A DNA stretch of 64,000 nt from a virus: the IMG/VR virus record IMGVR_UViG_3300050160_000070; one strand, given 5' to 3'. Shown one piece after another: positions 1-9,383 of the stretch. The translations under genes and the position numbers were made by a program. Each line of letters begins with the position of its first letter. Position 1 is the first letter of the stretch. Under the pieces are notes generated by a model, which saw only the letters and a program-made list of their open reading frames with translations, was not told the origin of the DNA and ran no database searches.

Positions 1-10
1 GAATTTTGCG

Positions 11-475
11 TTGAAGGCTGGCCAAGAAATCGGCCAGCAGTTCGGCTACGAGTTCGTGGAACCACTTCAACTGCCACGTCTGATGATCGAGCTCCATACC
101 GTCAACCTGCCGACCGTTCCCAAGACGGTCAAGGCAACGTACGACATCGGTCTGAAGTTCACTCACGCGATGGCATGGCTGCTCGGCATGTCACGCAAGG
201 CAAACGACCTGGACACGTACATCGTGATGCGTTCGCTGATGAAGTACTTGACCAAGAAGGGCATCTTCCGCAGCAATGTGTTTGATGCGAGCCGCGTGTT
301 CGTTGGCGGCCAAACGGCTGCTGACGTGCCCGTGAAGTCTCTGGTTGACATGATGAAAAATGTCGACCAACTGCGTCCCAACCTGTCCGTGTTCCTTGCA
401 GAAGCACGCCGTAACGGCAAGGGCGGTGCCACTAACATCCAAAACGTTGGTGGCCTGCTGAATGAGGAAGAATGA
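11..475 (+). CDS. hypothetical protein, probably 5'-truncated by window edge
   Basis: Frame is open back to the window start; stop overlaps next start at 472. Confidence 0.6.
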   Translation: MKAGQEIGQQFGYEFVEPLQLPRLMIELHTVNLPTVPKTVKATYDIGLKFTHAMAWLLGMSRKANDLDTYIVMRSLMKYLTKKGIFRSNVFDASRVFVGGQTAADVPVKSLVDMMKNVDQLRPNLSVFLAEARRNGKGGATNIQNVGGLLNEEE

Positions 476-1002
476 TGAAATTTCCTGAAGTCAAATATGA
501 TGTGCTGCCATCTGGGCAGCGATCATACTATCCACCCATGCGATTCGATATCGTACATGGTGCTGAACGGCTGTACATGTGGCCCGAGGATGTCACCGTG
601 CCATTTGATACCAAAGAAATCGCGGAGCAATGGATCATTGATCGCGTGGACGAAAACAAGCGTGGTGAATACACTGTACTTGAGATCCCCAATAACGTTG
701 AGCCGATGTGGTATGTCGAGCTCCGCAATGAGGTTAAGCCGGGTGTGTTTGTTGAGAACTGCTCGTGCCAGGTTGTCGAAGTGATCTCCGTTGACTACGA
801 CAGTGGACACATGCATTGTGTGTCTGCTCATAACGGTCAACGGAGCGATTGCGATCTGTACCACTGCGGCATTGTGGTATTGTCGCCGGAAGAAGTAGAG
901 CGGAAGAAAGCCATTTATGTCAACGCCGGTGGTGGTGAAGCTGGTCTGAGGGCTCTTGGCGAAGATTGGGTTGCCCGTTGTTGTGAACAGGAGGAAACCT
1001 GA
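472..1002 (+). CDS. hypothetical protein
   Basis: 176-aa ORF, overlapping start/stop junction with upstream ORF. Confidence 0.75.
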   Translation: MMKFPEVKYDVLPSGQRSYYPPMRFDIVHGAERLYMWPEDVTVPFDTKEIAEQWIIDRVDENKRGEYTVLEIPNNVEPMWYVELRNEVKPGVFVENCSCQVVEVISVDYDSGHMHCVSAHNGQRSDCDLYHCGIVVLSPEEVERKKAIYVNAGGGEAGLRALGEDWVARCCEQEET

Positions 1003-1026
1003 AAGCGTGTGATGTAAATATGCTTG

Positions 1027-1061
1027 TTGACTTCTCATCGTGTTCATGATATGATGCGAAG
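1027..1061 (+). promoter_or_regulatory. sigma70-type promoter with imperfect hairpin
   Basis: TTGACT(1027)-17-TATGAT(1050); arms CTTCTCATC/GATGCGAAG pair 8/9. Confidence 0.7.
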
Positions 1062-1143
1062 CATTGGGGAACGCAGTTTCGCGAACTTCAATGTAGTTCA
1101 ACACTCTCTCAACTAAATGTCTGCGGACAGATAGGATACAAAA

Positions 1144-2220
1144 ATGACTCAAGAATTCACCCTCCTGCGTGGTGCACACGTCGACGTTCGTGGCATCGTC
1201 AACGCCAAGAAGCAACACGAAGCCGAGATCATCATTGACGGCAAGTTCTCCCACCGCTTCAGCCCCAAGTCGCGTGTCTCCAAGCACCTCGACGTGATGA
1301 CTCCGAAGGATCTCGCTGAACGCCTCACCGGTGGCTCGTACTTCCTCATTGACGACAAACTCGTCGACTTCCGTGACGGCTCGTACAACGGCTTCATCCA
1401 CACTGACCAATCGGTCGGCAAGTTCATGGACATCCTGGGTTTCCAGGAACGCAGCCAACTCGGCGCCCTGCACCGCCGCAAGCGCCCTGCTGACGACGAC
1501 GTCGGCGGTGACTACGTCCTGCGCAAGGTGTGGTCTGACCACGGCATCAAGGTTCCTGGCTATGATGAAGGTGGCGACTTCACGTCGCAACTGTCGTTCG
1601 TGTGGAATCCGTACGTCAGGACGATCAACAGCGCCTACGACCTTGTGCGCCTGATCTGCACGAACGGTGCGATCGGCCTGACCAGCTTCCTGAACAGCAA
1701 GATCCCGTTGGTCAACCGCTGGGAGGAACACTTGGACATCGCTTCGCGTCAGATCCAGAACAAGGTGTCCAGCGTCGTGATCGACCGCGTGCAAGCGATG
1801 GGCACGGAACGTGCTTCGGTTGGCGACTGCCTGCTGCTGGAACAGCACGTGTTCGACCGGTTGCACAGCGCTGGTACCAAGTCACAGAACGAGCGTGAAA
1901 TGTTGCTGAACCTGCTGGCTGTCGTGTCCCCGAAGGCCCATCTGAACGGCGTGTACAAGGACGGCGTGTTTGGCGACAAGACCCTGGCTGCCCAACTGCC
2001 CTCTCACCTGACCGCATTTGATGCGTACAACATCGCCACGGAAGTGCGTACGCACAGCGCCGACTCGAAGAAGAGCTCGGACAACGCTCTCGACCGGTTC
2101 GCCAACGGACTGTTGTTCGATCGTGAGGACAACTTCGGTGCAGCCGCTGCTCGTCTGTCCGCGCCCAAGCTGAGCGCGTTCTCCGACCCCAACGCCGCGT
2201 TTTTTGGGCACATCAGCTGA
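1144..2220 (+). CDS. DUF932-like phage protein
   Basis: 358 aa; RLICTNGAIG matches the RLxCxNG signature of DUF932/DUF945 proteins. Confidence 0.65.
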   Translation: MTQEFTLLRGAHVDVRGIVNAKKQHEAEIIIDGKFSHRFSPKSRVSKHLDVMTPKDLAERLTGGSYFLIDDKLVDFRDGSYNGFIHTDQSVGKFMDILGFQERSQLGALHRRKRPADDDVGGDYVLRKVWSDHGIKVPGYDEGGDFTSQLSFVWNPYVRTINSAYDLVRLICTNGAIGLTSFLNSKIPLVNRWEEHLDIASRQIQNKVSSVVIDRVQAMGTERASVGDCLLLEQHVFDRLHSAGTKSQNEREMLLNLLAVVSPKAHLNGVYKDGVFGDKTLAAQLPSHLTAFDAYNIATEVRTHSADSKKSSDNALDRFANGLLFDREDNFGAAAARLSAPKLSAFSDPNAAFFGHIS

Positions 2221-2244
2221 AAAGAGCCCTTCGGGGCTCTTTTT
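2221..2244 (+). terminator. intrinsic terminator
   Basis: AAAGAGCCC-TTCG-GGGCTCTTT plus T-run directly after the stop codon. Confidence 0.9.
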
Positions 2245-2251
2245 GTTCCTG

Positions 2252-2279
2252 TTGCTTTTTTAGGGTTTTGCGGTATGAT
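2252..2279 (+). promoter_or_regulatory. sigma70-type promoter
   Basis: TTGCTT-16-TATGAT upstream of GAGGAG SD and ATG 2310. Confidence 0.55.
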
Positions 2280-2309
2280 TACAGCATTCCCTATCTTGAG
2301 GAGATATCC

Positions 2310-2654
2310 ATGATCGAACGTCGCATTTCCGCTACACCCCACGATCCAACTGCGCTTGAAAAGCGTGGTCTGCAGCTTCTGGCAGTGATCGAATCCACTG
2401 CGATGACGGATGATATCAACAGTTTCCTGAAGTTCTTGCTGAAGCAAGCACAGATCGCCCGGTCCAACGCTGCATTTGGTGGTGCGATGCATGACGGAGG
2501 TGCCAGTCAGCTGGAAGACCAAGTTGAAGTTTACTTGGCAGGCATCCGATTGTCCATCCCGGAGCAATGGACCAGCCGCAAGCAGAAGCACATGCGCGAA
2601 ACCGATCCCGACTACGCTGTGTTCCTGAAGCTCAAAGAAAAATTTGGAGAGTGA
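2310..2654 (+). CDS. hypothetical protein
   Basis: Start reassigned to ATG after GAGGAG. Confidence 0.75.
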   Translation: MIERRISATPHDPTALEKRGLQLLAVIESTAMTDDINSFLKFLLKQAQIARSNAAFGGAMHDGGASQLEDQVEVYLAGIRLSIPEQWTSRKQKHMRETDPDYAVFLKLKEKFGE

Positions 2655-2656
2655 GT

Positions 2657-2914
2657 ATGAGTAGCACCACAACGCTCAAACTTGGGCACCACATCTGGTT
2701 TGTGGTGCATCATACCGGCTCTACTATTACTGGGCTGGAGGAACACGATTTCCGCGAAGGTGGAGGGTTGCTCCTCCACCCTGGTAGCACGTGGGAGCAG
2801 ATGTTCTTGTCTCACGTGGAAGCGCGTTGCGCTGAGGGGAAGGCATCACCGTTCTATGAGCAGGCTGTGCAACTTCTCGTGAGCATCGCCGACCAGGAAT
2901 CTGTTGGAGAGTAA
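2657..2914 (+). CDS. hypothetical protein
   Basis: ATG after GGAG, 2 nt past previous stop. Confidence 0.65.
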   Translation: MSSTTTLKLGHHIWFVVHHTGSTITGLEEHDFREGGGLLLHPGSTWEQMFLSHVEARCAEGKASPFYEQAVQLLVSIADQESVGE

Positions 2915-2916
2915 CT

Positions 2917-3255
2917 GTGGTATTCGATGACCTGGACGACTTTGACATTGATGGGTATAATAGTGCTGGTGTGCACAGCTCCCACTATTACAACCGCAAT
3001 GGAACGCGTCGGGACAACGACTACGACGACAACTACTGCTACGAACCGTCTCCGCCGGTCGTACCCAAGCCCGTTGCCCCTGCAGTACAACCTCAGTACG
3101 TATTCATGAACAAATGGGAGCTGATCACCTCCACAGAAGTTCAGCATGCAATTTGCATGGCTCTGGCTGCCAAAGATCGGCAGATTCGTGAATACCAAGA
3201 TGAAATCCTTCAACTGCACGAGAAGATCAATCGTGCTCAAACCGCACTGGAGTGA
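2917..3255 (+). CDS. hypothetical protein (C-terminal coiled coil)
   Basis: GTG after GGAG; operon packing. Confidence 0.7.
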   Translation: MVFDDLDDFDIDGYNSAGVHSSHYYNRNGTRRDNDYDDNYCYEPSPPVVPKPVAPAVQPQYVFMNKWELITSTEVQHAICMALAAKDRQIREYQDEILQLHEKINRAQTALE

Positions 3256-4196
3256 CTCAAATGCAAGTAAAGCGAGTTGATTCGTCTGATGAGAATGTCA
3301 GCAAGTATGTGTACGATTTCGGCAACGCTGTTGCCGAATCGGTACTGTACAAATATCCGACGTACGAAGAACGTACGGTGATCTGTTGTTCCACACAAAG
3401 CGGCTGTCCGGTTGGCTGCCGATTCTGCGGAGCAGGCGACAATTTCGTTCGCAGCCTCACTGCTGACGAAATTGTGGCTCAGGTGCAGTATCTGTTCACC
3501 GATCGCAACATCGACCCTGCCCAAGTGAAGAAGGGTCAGATCATGTTCATGAGCATGGGCGAGCCGATGCTGAACAAGAATGGTCTGGAGGGTGCTCTGC
3601 GCAAGTTGCATCAGCTGTATCCGAATTTTGCGTTGCTGATCAGCACCAGCGGTCCTGCTGTTTCGTACTCGTGGCTGATCGAACTGTCGCAAGAGATCCC
3701 CACGATCGGCTTGCAGTTCTCTGTTCACGAGAGCACTGATGAGGCTCGCAACAAACTGATTCCGTTTGAGAACAAGTTGTCGCTGAAACAACTGTCCACA
3801 GTGGGTACGGTGTGGTCGACCAACGTTGGTCGACAAGCATTCTTCAACTACTGCGCTCACGAAGGGAATACCAGCGAGGCTGATGCAGATCGACTGCTTG
3901 AGCTGTTCGATCCGCGTTGGTGGCAAGCCACGGTCAGCGTGATCTGTGAACGCGACGAAAGCATCGCCGCTGCCAATCGCCGCCAGCGCGAACTCGCAAC
4001 CAACTTCATGTCCCTCTTGCTGGAACGTGGTTTCAGTGTGCGGTGTTTTGACCCTGCTGGTCAAGACGACATTGGTGGTGGCTGTGGCCAGCTGTGGTAT
4101 GTCCAGGATTGGATGAAGAACCATTCTGATCTGGCTCGTCCGAGCATTGGCCGCCTCAGTGGCATCCCGGTTGTGCATGCTCCCAGGGAAGGATGA
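3252..4196 (+). CDS. rlmN: RlmN-like radical-SAM RNA methyltransferase (lacks N-terminal domain)
   Basis: VICCSTQSGCPVGCRFC (CX3CX2C plus upstream Cys), FMSMGEPMLN and C-terminal DIGGGCGQL: both catalytic cysteines of RlmN/Cfr appear present. Confidence 0.85.
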   Translation: MTQMQVKRVDSSDENVSKYVYDFGNAVAESVLYKYPTYEERTVICCSTQSGCPVGCRFCGAGDNFVRSLTADEIVAQVQYLFTDRNIDPAQVKKGQIMFMSMGEPMLNKNGLEGALRKLHQLYPNFALLISTSGPAVSYSWLIELSQEIPTIGLQFSVHESTDEARNKLIPFENKLSLKQLSTVGTVWSTNVGRQAFFNYCAHEGNTSEADADRLLELFDPRWWQATVSVICERDESIAAANRRQRELATNFMSLLLERGFSVRCFDPAGQDDIGGGCGQLWYVQDWMKNHSDLARPSIGRLSGIPVVHAPREG

Positions 4197-4197
4197 T

Positions 4198-4422
4198 ATG
4201 AAGGTTTCGGAACTGGACTACGAAGACGTGTTGCCTGGAACGCACGTCGTCTCAGACGCTACTGGCGTGTGGGGTGTAGTGAGTGGTAAGCAATGCACGC
4301 ACTGGGATCGACACGGAAATCCTGACCCTGATAAAATGTTCGTGTTCATCGATTGGGATAGTGGGTCCAAGTCCGTCCAACCGATTAACCTATTGGATAG
4401 AGTAACAATCAGAAATACGTAA
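4198..4422 (+). CDS. hypothetical protein
   Basis: ATG after GGAAGGA immediately following rlmN. Confidence 0.65.
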   Translation: MKVSELDYEDVLPGTHVVSDATGVWGVVSGKQCTHWDRHGNPDPDKMFVFIDWDSGSKSVQPINLLDRVTIRNT

Positions 4423-4586
4423 AGTCTACCCGTGCACATAAGGATGCTTTAGCAACATCCTCAACATTGGAGACCGGGTTGCTTTCATGAACCTGATTGC
4501 TTGCGGCGGATACGCTTCAAACTATGTAGGAGCTGTGATTCTACGCGTGCCTACCAAGATCGTTAAGACCTTCAACCAAGATTGAT

Positions 4587-4907
4587 ATGCAAATCATTCC
4601 TCCAGAGTTCGTTCCGATCAAGTATCCTGGATACTACTGGAACACGCGCACCGAGACACTGTTCTCGTTGAAGTACGGTGTGTTGCGTCAAATGCAGCTG
4701 ATAAAACCAAACTGCTGGAATAAGTGGAATGGCCCGGGCTACCGCATCAGCCACGAAGGCAAGAAGCGGGCTGTCCTGCTGCCAGCTCTGAAGGCTGGCA
4801 AATGGAACGCTAAGTCTACTGTGTTTCCGATTGAATGGAAAACGGGCTGTCAGTTTCCCATTGATCCAAAGTCTGTACCACCCGGCCGCACCGTCCGCAT
4901 TTGCTGA
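4587..4907 (+). CDS. hypothetical protein
   Basis: 106-aa ORF; PGYYW segment loosely recalls NUMOD4-type N-termini. Confidence 0.65.
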   Translation: MQIIPPEFVPIKYPGYYWNTRTETLFSLKYGVLRQMQLIKPNCWNKWNGPGYRISHEGKKRAVLLPALKAGKWNAKSTVFPIEWKTGCQFPIDPKSVPPGRTVRIC

Positions 4908-4916
4908 AAAACCGAC

Positions 4917-5126
4917 ATGATTCCCAAGAAGCTGCTAACTCAACTAGCCCCACACGATCCAATTACGGACGATGATTATGGCTCATGCGTGCACTGTCGT
5001 CGTGTGCTGAGCGGTCGGTTTGCAGATCGATATCTGGAAGATCATACGTCGGCGTGTCCGTGGGTCAAGGCTCGGCGACTGTTGGGCGACAAGCTTCCTA
5101 AGAGCCGAGTTATGTTGCCCGGTTGA
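4917..5126 (+). CDS. small hypothetical protein (CxxC, HxxxC)
   Basis: 69-aa ORF with possible Zn ligands. Confidence 0.6.
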   Translation: MIPKKLLTQLAPHDPITDDDYGSCVHCRRVLSGRFADRYLEDHTSACPWVKARRLLGDKLPKSRVMLPG

Positions 5127-5252
5127 TCTTCAACGCGATCTCAACGACAGTATCCTCGTGCCGTTAGTTTAACAAGCACAGCGCGGAAACAAAGAGCCGC
5201 TAACTGTGGGTAAAACACGAAGCAGCAAACTCACACGGAGTATAGGGCAGTA

Positions 5253-5375
5253 GTGCTGGTGCGATTGGTCTCGCATCACCACGAAGTCGGGGCAAAGACC
5301 ACCCCGCTAGACTGGAATCCGAACGTGTGATCAGGTTGAATGAGTTTCGGGGTTCGAATCCTCGCCGGCGCACCA
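5253..5375 (+). ncRNA. tRNA-like RNA with canonical T-arm and CCA but expanded anticodon domain
   Basis: Acceptor GTGCTGG/CCGGCGC + ACCA; D-arm GCGA-TTGGTC-TCGC; T-arm CGGGG-TTCGAAT-CCTCG; helix ATCAC-C-ACG/CGTGTGAT encloses ~40 nt in place of a 7-nt loop. Confidence 0.7.
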
Positions 5376-5404
5376 AATCCTCAATTTTGACATAGGTATA
5401 CAAC

Positions 5405-7699
5405 ATGCTCGTTGCACAAGACGACATCCATCTGGAACGCGGAAACACTGGCGCAGAAGCTGGTTTCACGATCAAGGCCACTGCAAAGGCGTTTGACATT
5501 CTGTCGAGTGGTCTATATGCCAACAAGATCCTGGCGATCATCCGTGAGCTGTCGTGCAACGCCCATGACAGCCACGTTGCTGCAGGCACCACTCAGCCGA
5601 TTGAAATTCGTCTGCCGACCACGCTCGATCCCACGTTCTACGTCAAAGACTTTGGCACTGGCCTGAGTGACTTCGACGTGCGTGGCTATTGGTTGCGCGA
5701 TGACGGCACCAAAGTGTCCCTGGAAGAAGGTGCCGAGCAAAGTCTGATCTCCGGCATGGGTGGCTGGGAGAAGAAGGGTGGCATCTACAACACGTACTTC
5801 GAGTCGACCAAAACCTCAAGTAACGACTTCATCGGCCAACTGGGTCTCGGTAGCAAGTCTCCGTTCAGCTACACCACGTCGTTCATGGTTGAGTCGCGTC
5901 ACCAAGGGATCCGATCTCTCTACACGTGCTTCAAGAACGAACAAGGAATGCCGAGCGTTGCCCTGATGGGCACTGAGCCGACGGAAGATCCGAACGGCGT
6001 CACCGTTTCCCTTTCCGTTCGTCCGTCCGATTCCGACAAGTTTGTTGATGCAGCGCGGAAAGCGCTGATGTACTTCGATCCGAAACCGGTGGTGATCGGC
6101 CCGTACGGATTCTCTCCATACTCGCTGGTTCATACTGTGACGGGCGATTCGTGGCGCATTCGCTCCACTGACTACTATGCGGACATGAATGGCCCGCACG
6201 TGGTGCAGGGCTTTGTGTCGTATCCTATCGACACCTACCAACTGCAGCAGTATGGTCTCAAAGATGAAGCTGCCCTGCTGGCAAATACCGACCTCGATCT
6301 GTATGTGCCAATCGGCAAGGTTGAGGTTGCTGCATCCCGTGAATCGCTGTCGTACGTGCCAGCAACGGTGACCAACCTGATCAACCACCTGCAGCAGGCC
6401 GCCCAAGAAATGCGTTCGTCGTTCCAGTCCGAATTTGACAAATGCAAGAATATGTGGGAGGCGATGATGCTGCGTCAGCAGTATACATTCCGCAAAGGCA
6501 CCTTCTCCGACATCTTCAAAAAGATGCAGGATACTGCCCCGTTTCAGTACAACGACCGCGTGGTTCCTGATGAACTGACTCTGGACCTCAGCAAATTGAC
6601 TGAAGTCCGTCTTGTGCGGATGGGCCTCGAGCGTACACGTAGAAGTGGCTACAAACAACACACTCTGGGTGTTTGGGATCCGAGCAATCTCACCAAAAAG
6701 ATGGAGTTCAGTGTTCACGCCAACCTGCATCTGATCGTCGACGATGTTGGCTCTGGCAACGTGTCCAAGCGCGTTACTGAGTATCTGATCAAGCAGGGCG
6801 AGGTGAATGGCAAGCGTGCACAAGCACTGCTGATCGGTTCACACACCAAGCGTGGCCCTGTAGATGACAAGCAAGCCCAACTTGTTGTTGACCAATTTGA
6901 AGGGATCGATCTCACCTACGTTTCCGAACTGCCTCAAGTTGTGACGGTTCGTAGTAGCCGTACGTACACCAAGCGTGAGCCAGGCGAAGTGTACGTGTGG
7001 ACTGGGTTCACCAAGAAGCACAACTACTACGGCCGTGAGACTGGTCTCCATCGCAAGTTCAGTCGCAATACGTGGGACACGGAAGTGATCGACTTCGAAG
7101 ACGGTGGCATTTATGTACCGATTGTTCGGTACGCTGCTCAGAAGGATGGTTATGAGTTCAACGGTATCCATGAGTTGTGGGAATCTGCACGGGCTCTCGG
7201 TCTAGTCTCAGTCGACCAAAAGTTGTATGGACTCAACGACAAAGACCTGAAGAAGATTCAAGATGATGCAGAGTGGGTAGACGTGTATACGTACGTCCGA
7301 GATGCATTTGACGACGCCAACGTTGACGATCGGCTGTTCGCTAAGAACATCGTGGACTCTGTTTCTGACCAACTTGGTCGCCCTCTGATCAACTACATGG
7401 TCAAGAACTGGGACAGTCTGAGCACAGGGTTGCAAGATGGTCCGTTCAAAGAACTCATGGCTGAGATTGTTCAGCTTGCTGGCGACGCGACTGTCAATCA
7501 CCCCGCTGAGCACATTCGCCAAGTGATTGCACAGTTGAGGATTGCAGATGGTGATCGTGTGATGCGTCACGTCACCCTAACCAGTAAGTGGCAGAGCGTG
7601 GTTGACCACTATCCAATGCTCACGTTCGTCAACTTCAAATATGCTGACGATATGCAGATCCGGAAGATCATCAAGTACGTTAACGCGATTGACGGTTGA
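5405..7699 (+). CDS. rIIA: rIIA-like protein (N-terminal GHKL/HATPase domain)
   Basis: AFDILSSGLYANKILAIIRELSCNAHDSH, DFGTGLS and GQLGLGSKSPFSY motifs; 764 aa; directly upstream of rIIB. Confidence 0.9.
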   Translation: MLVAQDDIHLERGNTGAEAGFTIKATAKAFDILSSGLYANKILAIIRELSCNAHDSHVAAGTTQPIEIRLPTTLDPTFYVKDFGTGLSDFDVRGYWLRDDGTKVSLEEGAEQSLISGMGGWEKKGGIYNTYFESTKTSSNDFIGQLGLGSKSPFSYTTSFMVESRHQGIRSLYTCFKNEQGMPSVALMGTEPTEDPNGVTVSLSVRPSDSDKFVDAARKALMYFDPKPVVIGPYGFSPYSLVHTVTGDSWRIRSTDYYADMNGPHVVQGFVSYPIDTYQLQQYGLKDEAALLANTDLDLYVPIGKVEVAASRESLSYVPATVTNLINHLQQAAQEMRSSFQSEFDKCKNMWEAMMLRQQYTFRKGTFSDIFKKMQDTAPFQYNDRVVPDELTLDLSKLTEVRLVRMGLERTRRSGYKQHTLGVWDPSNLTKKMEFSVHANLHLIVDDVGSGNVSKRVTEYLIKQGEVNGKRAQALLIGSHTKRGPVDDKQAQLVVDQFEGIDLTYVSELPQVVTVRSSRTYTKREPGEVYVWTGFTKKHNYYGRETGLHRKFSRNTWDTEVIDFEDGGIYVPIVRYAAQKDGYEFNGIHELWESARALGLVSVDQKLYGLNDKDLKKIQDDAEWVDVYTYVRDAFDDANVDDRLFAKNIVDSVSDQLGRPLINYMVKNWDSLSTGLQDGPFKELMAEIVQLAGDATVNHPAEHIRQVIAQLRIADGDRVMRHVTLTSKWQSVVDHYPMLTFVNFKYADDMQIRKIIKYVNAIDG

Positions 7700-7758
7700 T
7701 CGATCATGGGTAAGTGGATATACTTACCCCATTCATTTTTGAAAAAGGTAACGACATA

Positions 7759-9003
7759 ATGAACAGTTACATTCTGACTCGTGACGGGGCTGCCCTGGTG
7801 ATCAACGGCAAGCAGTTCACACTGAACGATCAACATCCGAACTTCGCATTGGTGCTGGACAAGGTCCGCGCCAAGCAATGGGCAGACATCCCTGACCTAA
7901 TCAACGTGTCCTTGGCACTCTCCAAGATGGCCAACGGTCTGATCACTGTGGACACGGAAGCTGCTGCTGTCTACTTCCGTGGTCAGCCGATCCACAACAC
8001 CGCCGTCGATCACATGATCGCAATGATGCGTGACGGCTTCGATGTGGAACCAATGTCGAACTTCCTGGGCAACCTGTACCAGAATCCGAACCCGAAGACG
8101 ATTCAGGCGGTGTATGGTTGGATGCAAGCGAACAACGTCACGATCACAGAAGATGGCTGCCTGATCGCATACAAACGCGTCCGCAGCGATTACCTGTCGT
8201 TCTACGATGGAGCAACCAAACATGCGATCGGTCAAGTTACGTCGATTGCCCGGGAGCAGTGTGACCAAGCCAACGAGAACACGTGTTCGTCTGGTCTGCA
8301 CTTCTGTTCGCACGCCTACCTGCCCCACTACTACAACGGCGAGGGCCGTGTGCTGATCCTGAAGATCAACCCCGCACACATCACTGCAATTCCGACTGAC
8401 TACAACTTCGCCAAGGGCCGTACCTGCTCGTATGAGGTGATTGGTGAGCTGGACGGTGAAGCGCGCCAACTGATCGAACGTGAAGCTGTGATTACCACTC
8501 CGGTGATGACCGAACAAACGAACGCAAGTGCCACTCAAGCGTTCAAGACCGGCTACCAAGCTGGTTACAAGGATGGTCGTGGCAAGCAGGCGTTCGGTAA
8601 GTCGGTGAATGCAGACTTGTGGGCTGATTCTGAAGAGTACAAACAAGGTTACCGCGAAGGTCGCGACGATGGTCGCAAGAAGCTGCCGAAAAAGTACGGT
8701 GACGGCACTGGTACTCCGGATATTCAACTAGGCACTGCTCCTGCTGCGAACAACATCATTCCCACTCCGCTCTTGGATCGTGCACGCTTCATCACCAGCG
8801 ACATGATGGGTGTTCCCGTTAGCCAAATCAATGAAGCCACTGCGTTCGTGGCTGACCTCGGCGCAGATTCTCTCGATCTGGTTGAACTGGTGATGTACTT
8901 CGAGGACGATTTCGGCATCGAAATCTCTGACGAAGATGCTGAACGCTGTGTGACTGTTGGTGATGTGTGTCAAATGCTGCTCAGCCGCGGCATTGGAGGC
9001 TAA
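7759..9003 (+). CDS. rIIB: rIIB-like protein with C-terminal acyl carrier protein domain
   Basis: [46 protein letters not shown] (rIIB); in-frame [30 protein letters not shown] (ACP, Ppant Ser at 8869-8871). Confidence 0.88.
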   Translation: MNSYILTRDGAALVINGKQFTLNDQHPNFALVLDKVRAKQWADIPDLINVSLALSKMANGLITVDTEAAAVYFRGQPIHNTAVDHMIAMMRDGFDVEPMSNFLGNLYQNPNPKTIQAVYGWMQANNVTITEDGCLIAYKRVRSDYLSFYDGATKHAIGQVTSIAREQCDQANENTCSSGLHFCSHAYLPHYYNGEGRVLILKINPAHITAIPTDYNFAKGRTCSYEVIGELDGEARQLIEREAVITTPVMTEQTNASATQAFKTGYQAGYKDGRGKQAFGKSVNADLWADSEEYKQGYREGRDDGRKKLPKKYGDGTGTPDIQLGTAPAANNIIPTPLLDRARFITSDMMGVPVSQINEATAFVADLGADSLDLVELVMYFEDDFGIEISDEDAERCVTVGDVCQMLLSRGIGG

Positions 9004-9004
9004 A

Positions 9005-9202
9005 GTGGAAGAGAAGCTGACTGAAGACACGAAAGTGTTCGGAGAGAATGTTTGGGTGTACTGCAATCAGCATCTCCGCCCACACTTGACTGGCTGGTGT
9101 ACTGTCAGCTTGCACAACAAGGTGCAATTGGACGCAACCAATGTTGATCAAGCATTTGAAGAGTGCAAATTGAAAGGGTTCAAGCTATATGGAGAACCCT
9201 GA
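9005..9202 (+). CDS. small hypothetical protein
   Basis: GTG after GGAGG. Confidence 0.6.
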   Translation: MEEKLTEDTKVFGENVWVYCNQHLRPHLTGWCTVSLHNKVQLDATNVDQAFEECKLKGFKLYGEP

Positions 9203-9383
9203 TCTGAAAATGCTTGTCTTTGTAGCGCTTGACAACGCAAAAGAAAACGGCTATGATGCGCTCATCAAGTCCGAAGCCGCTGTGGTGGCAGACGACATGA
9301 TTGAGTATGACGCCGCATTGGCGGATTACACACCTAACGAGCTGATCCCATACATTGAAATTTGGCAAAGGACTACCAAATGA
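9189..9383 (+). CDS. small hypothetical protein
   Basis: 64-aa ORF, overlapping packing. Confidence 0.6.
   Translation: MENPDLKMLVFVALDNAKENGYDALIKSEAAVVADDMIEYDAALADYTPNELIPYIEIWQRTTK

Noticed and set aside
3252-4196. Cfr antibiotic-resistance methylase
   Set aside because: The motif reads MGEP (RlmN-like) rather than MGEA, and nothing else supports Cfr; only a phylogeny or an m8A assay could revive the idea.
4484-4556. Selenocysteine/opal-suppressor tRNA suggested by CTTCAAA (TCA anticodon) and a downstream ACCA
   Set aside because: The anticodon stem does not pair, there is no TTC T-loop, no 5' strand complements the putative acceptor, and the spacing to CCA is too short.
5158-5375. Canonical one-piece or permuted two-piece tmRNA
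   Set aside because: No G3-U70 pair, too short, no pseudoknot series or ...ALAA-type tag, and no acceptor 5' strand downstream of the CCA as a permuted gene would need. Kept only as a tRNA-like/tmRNA-like candidate.
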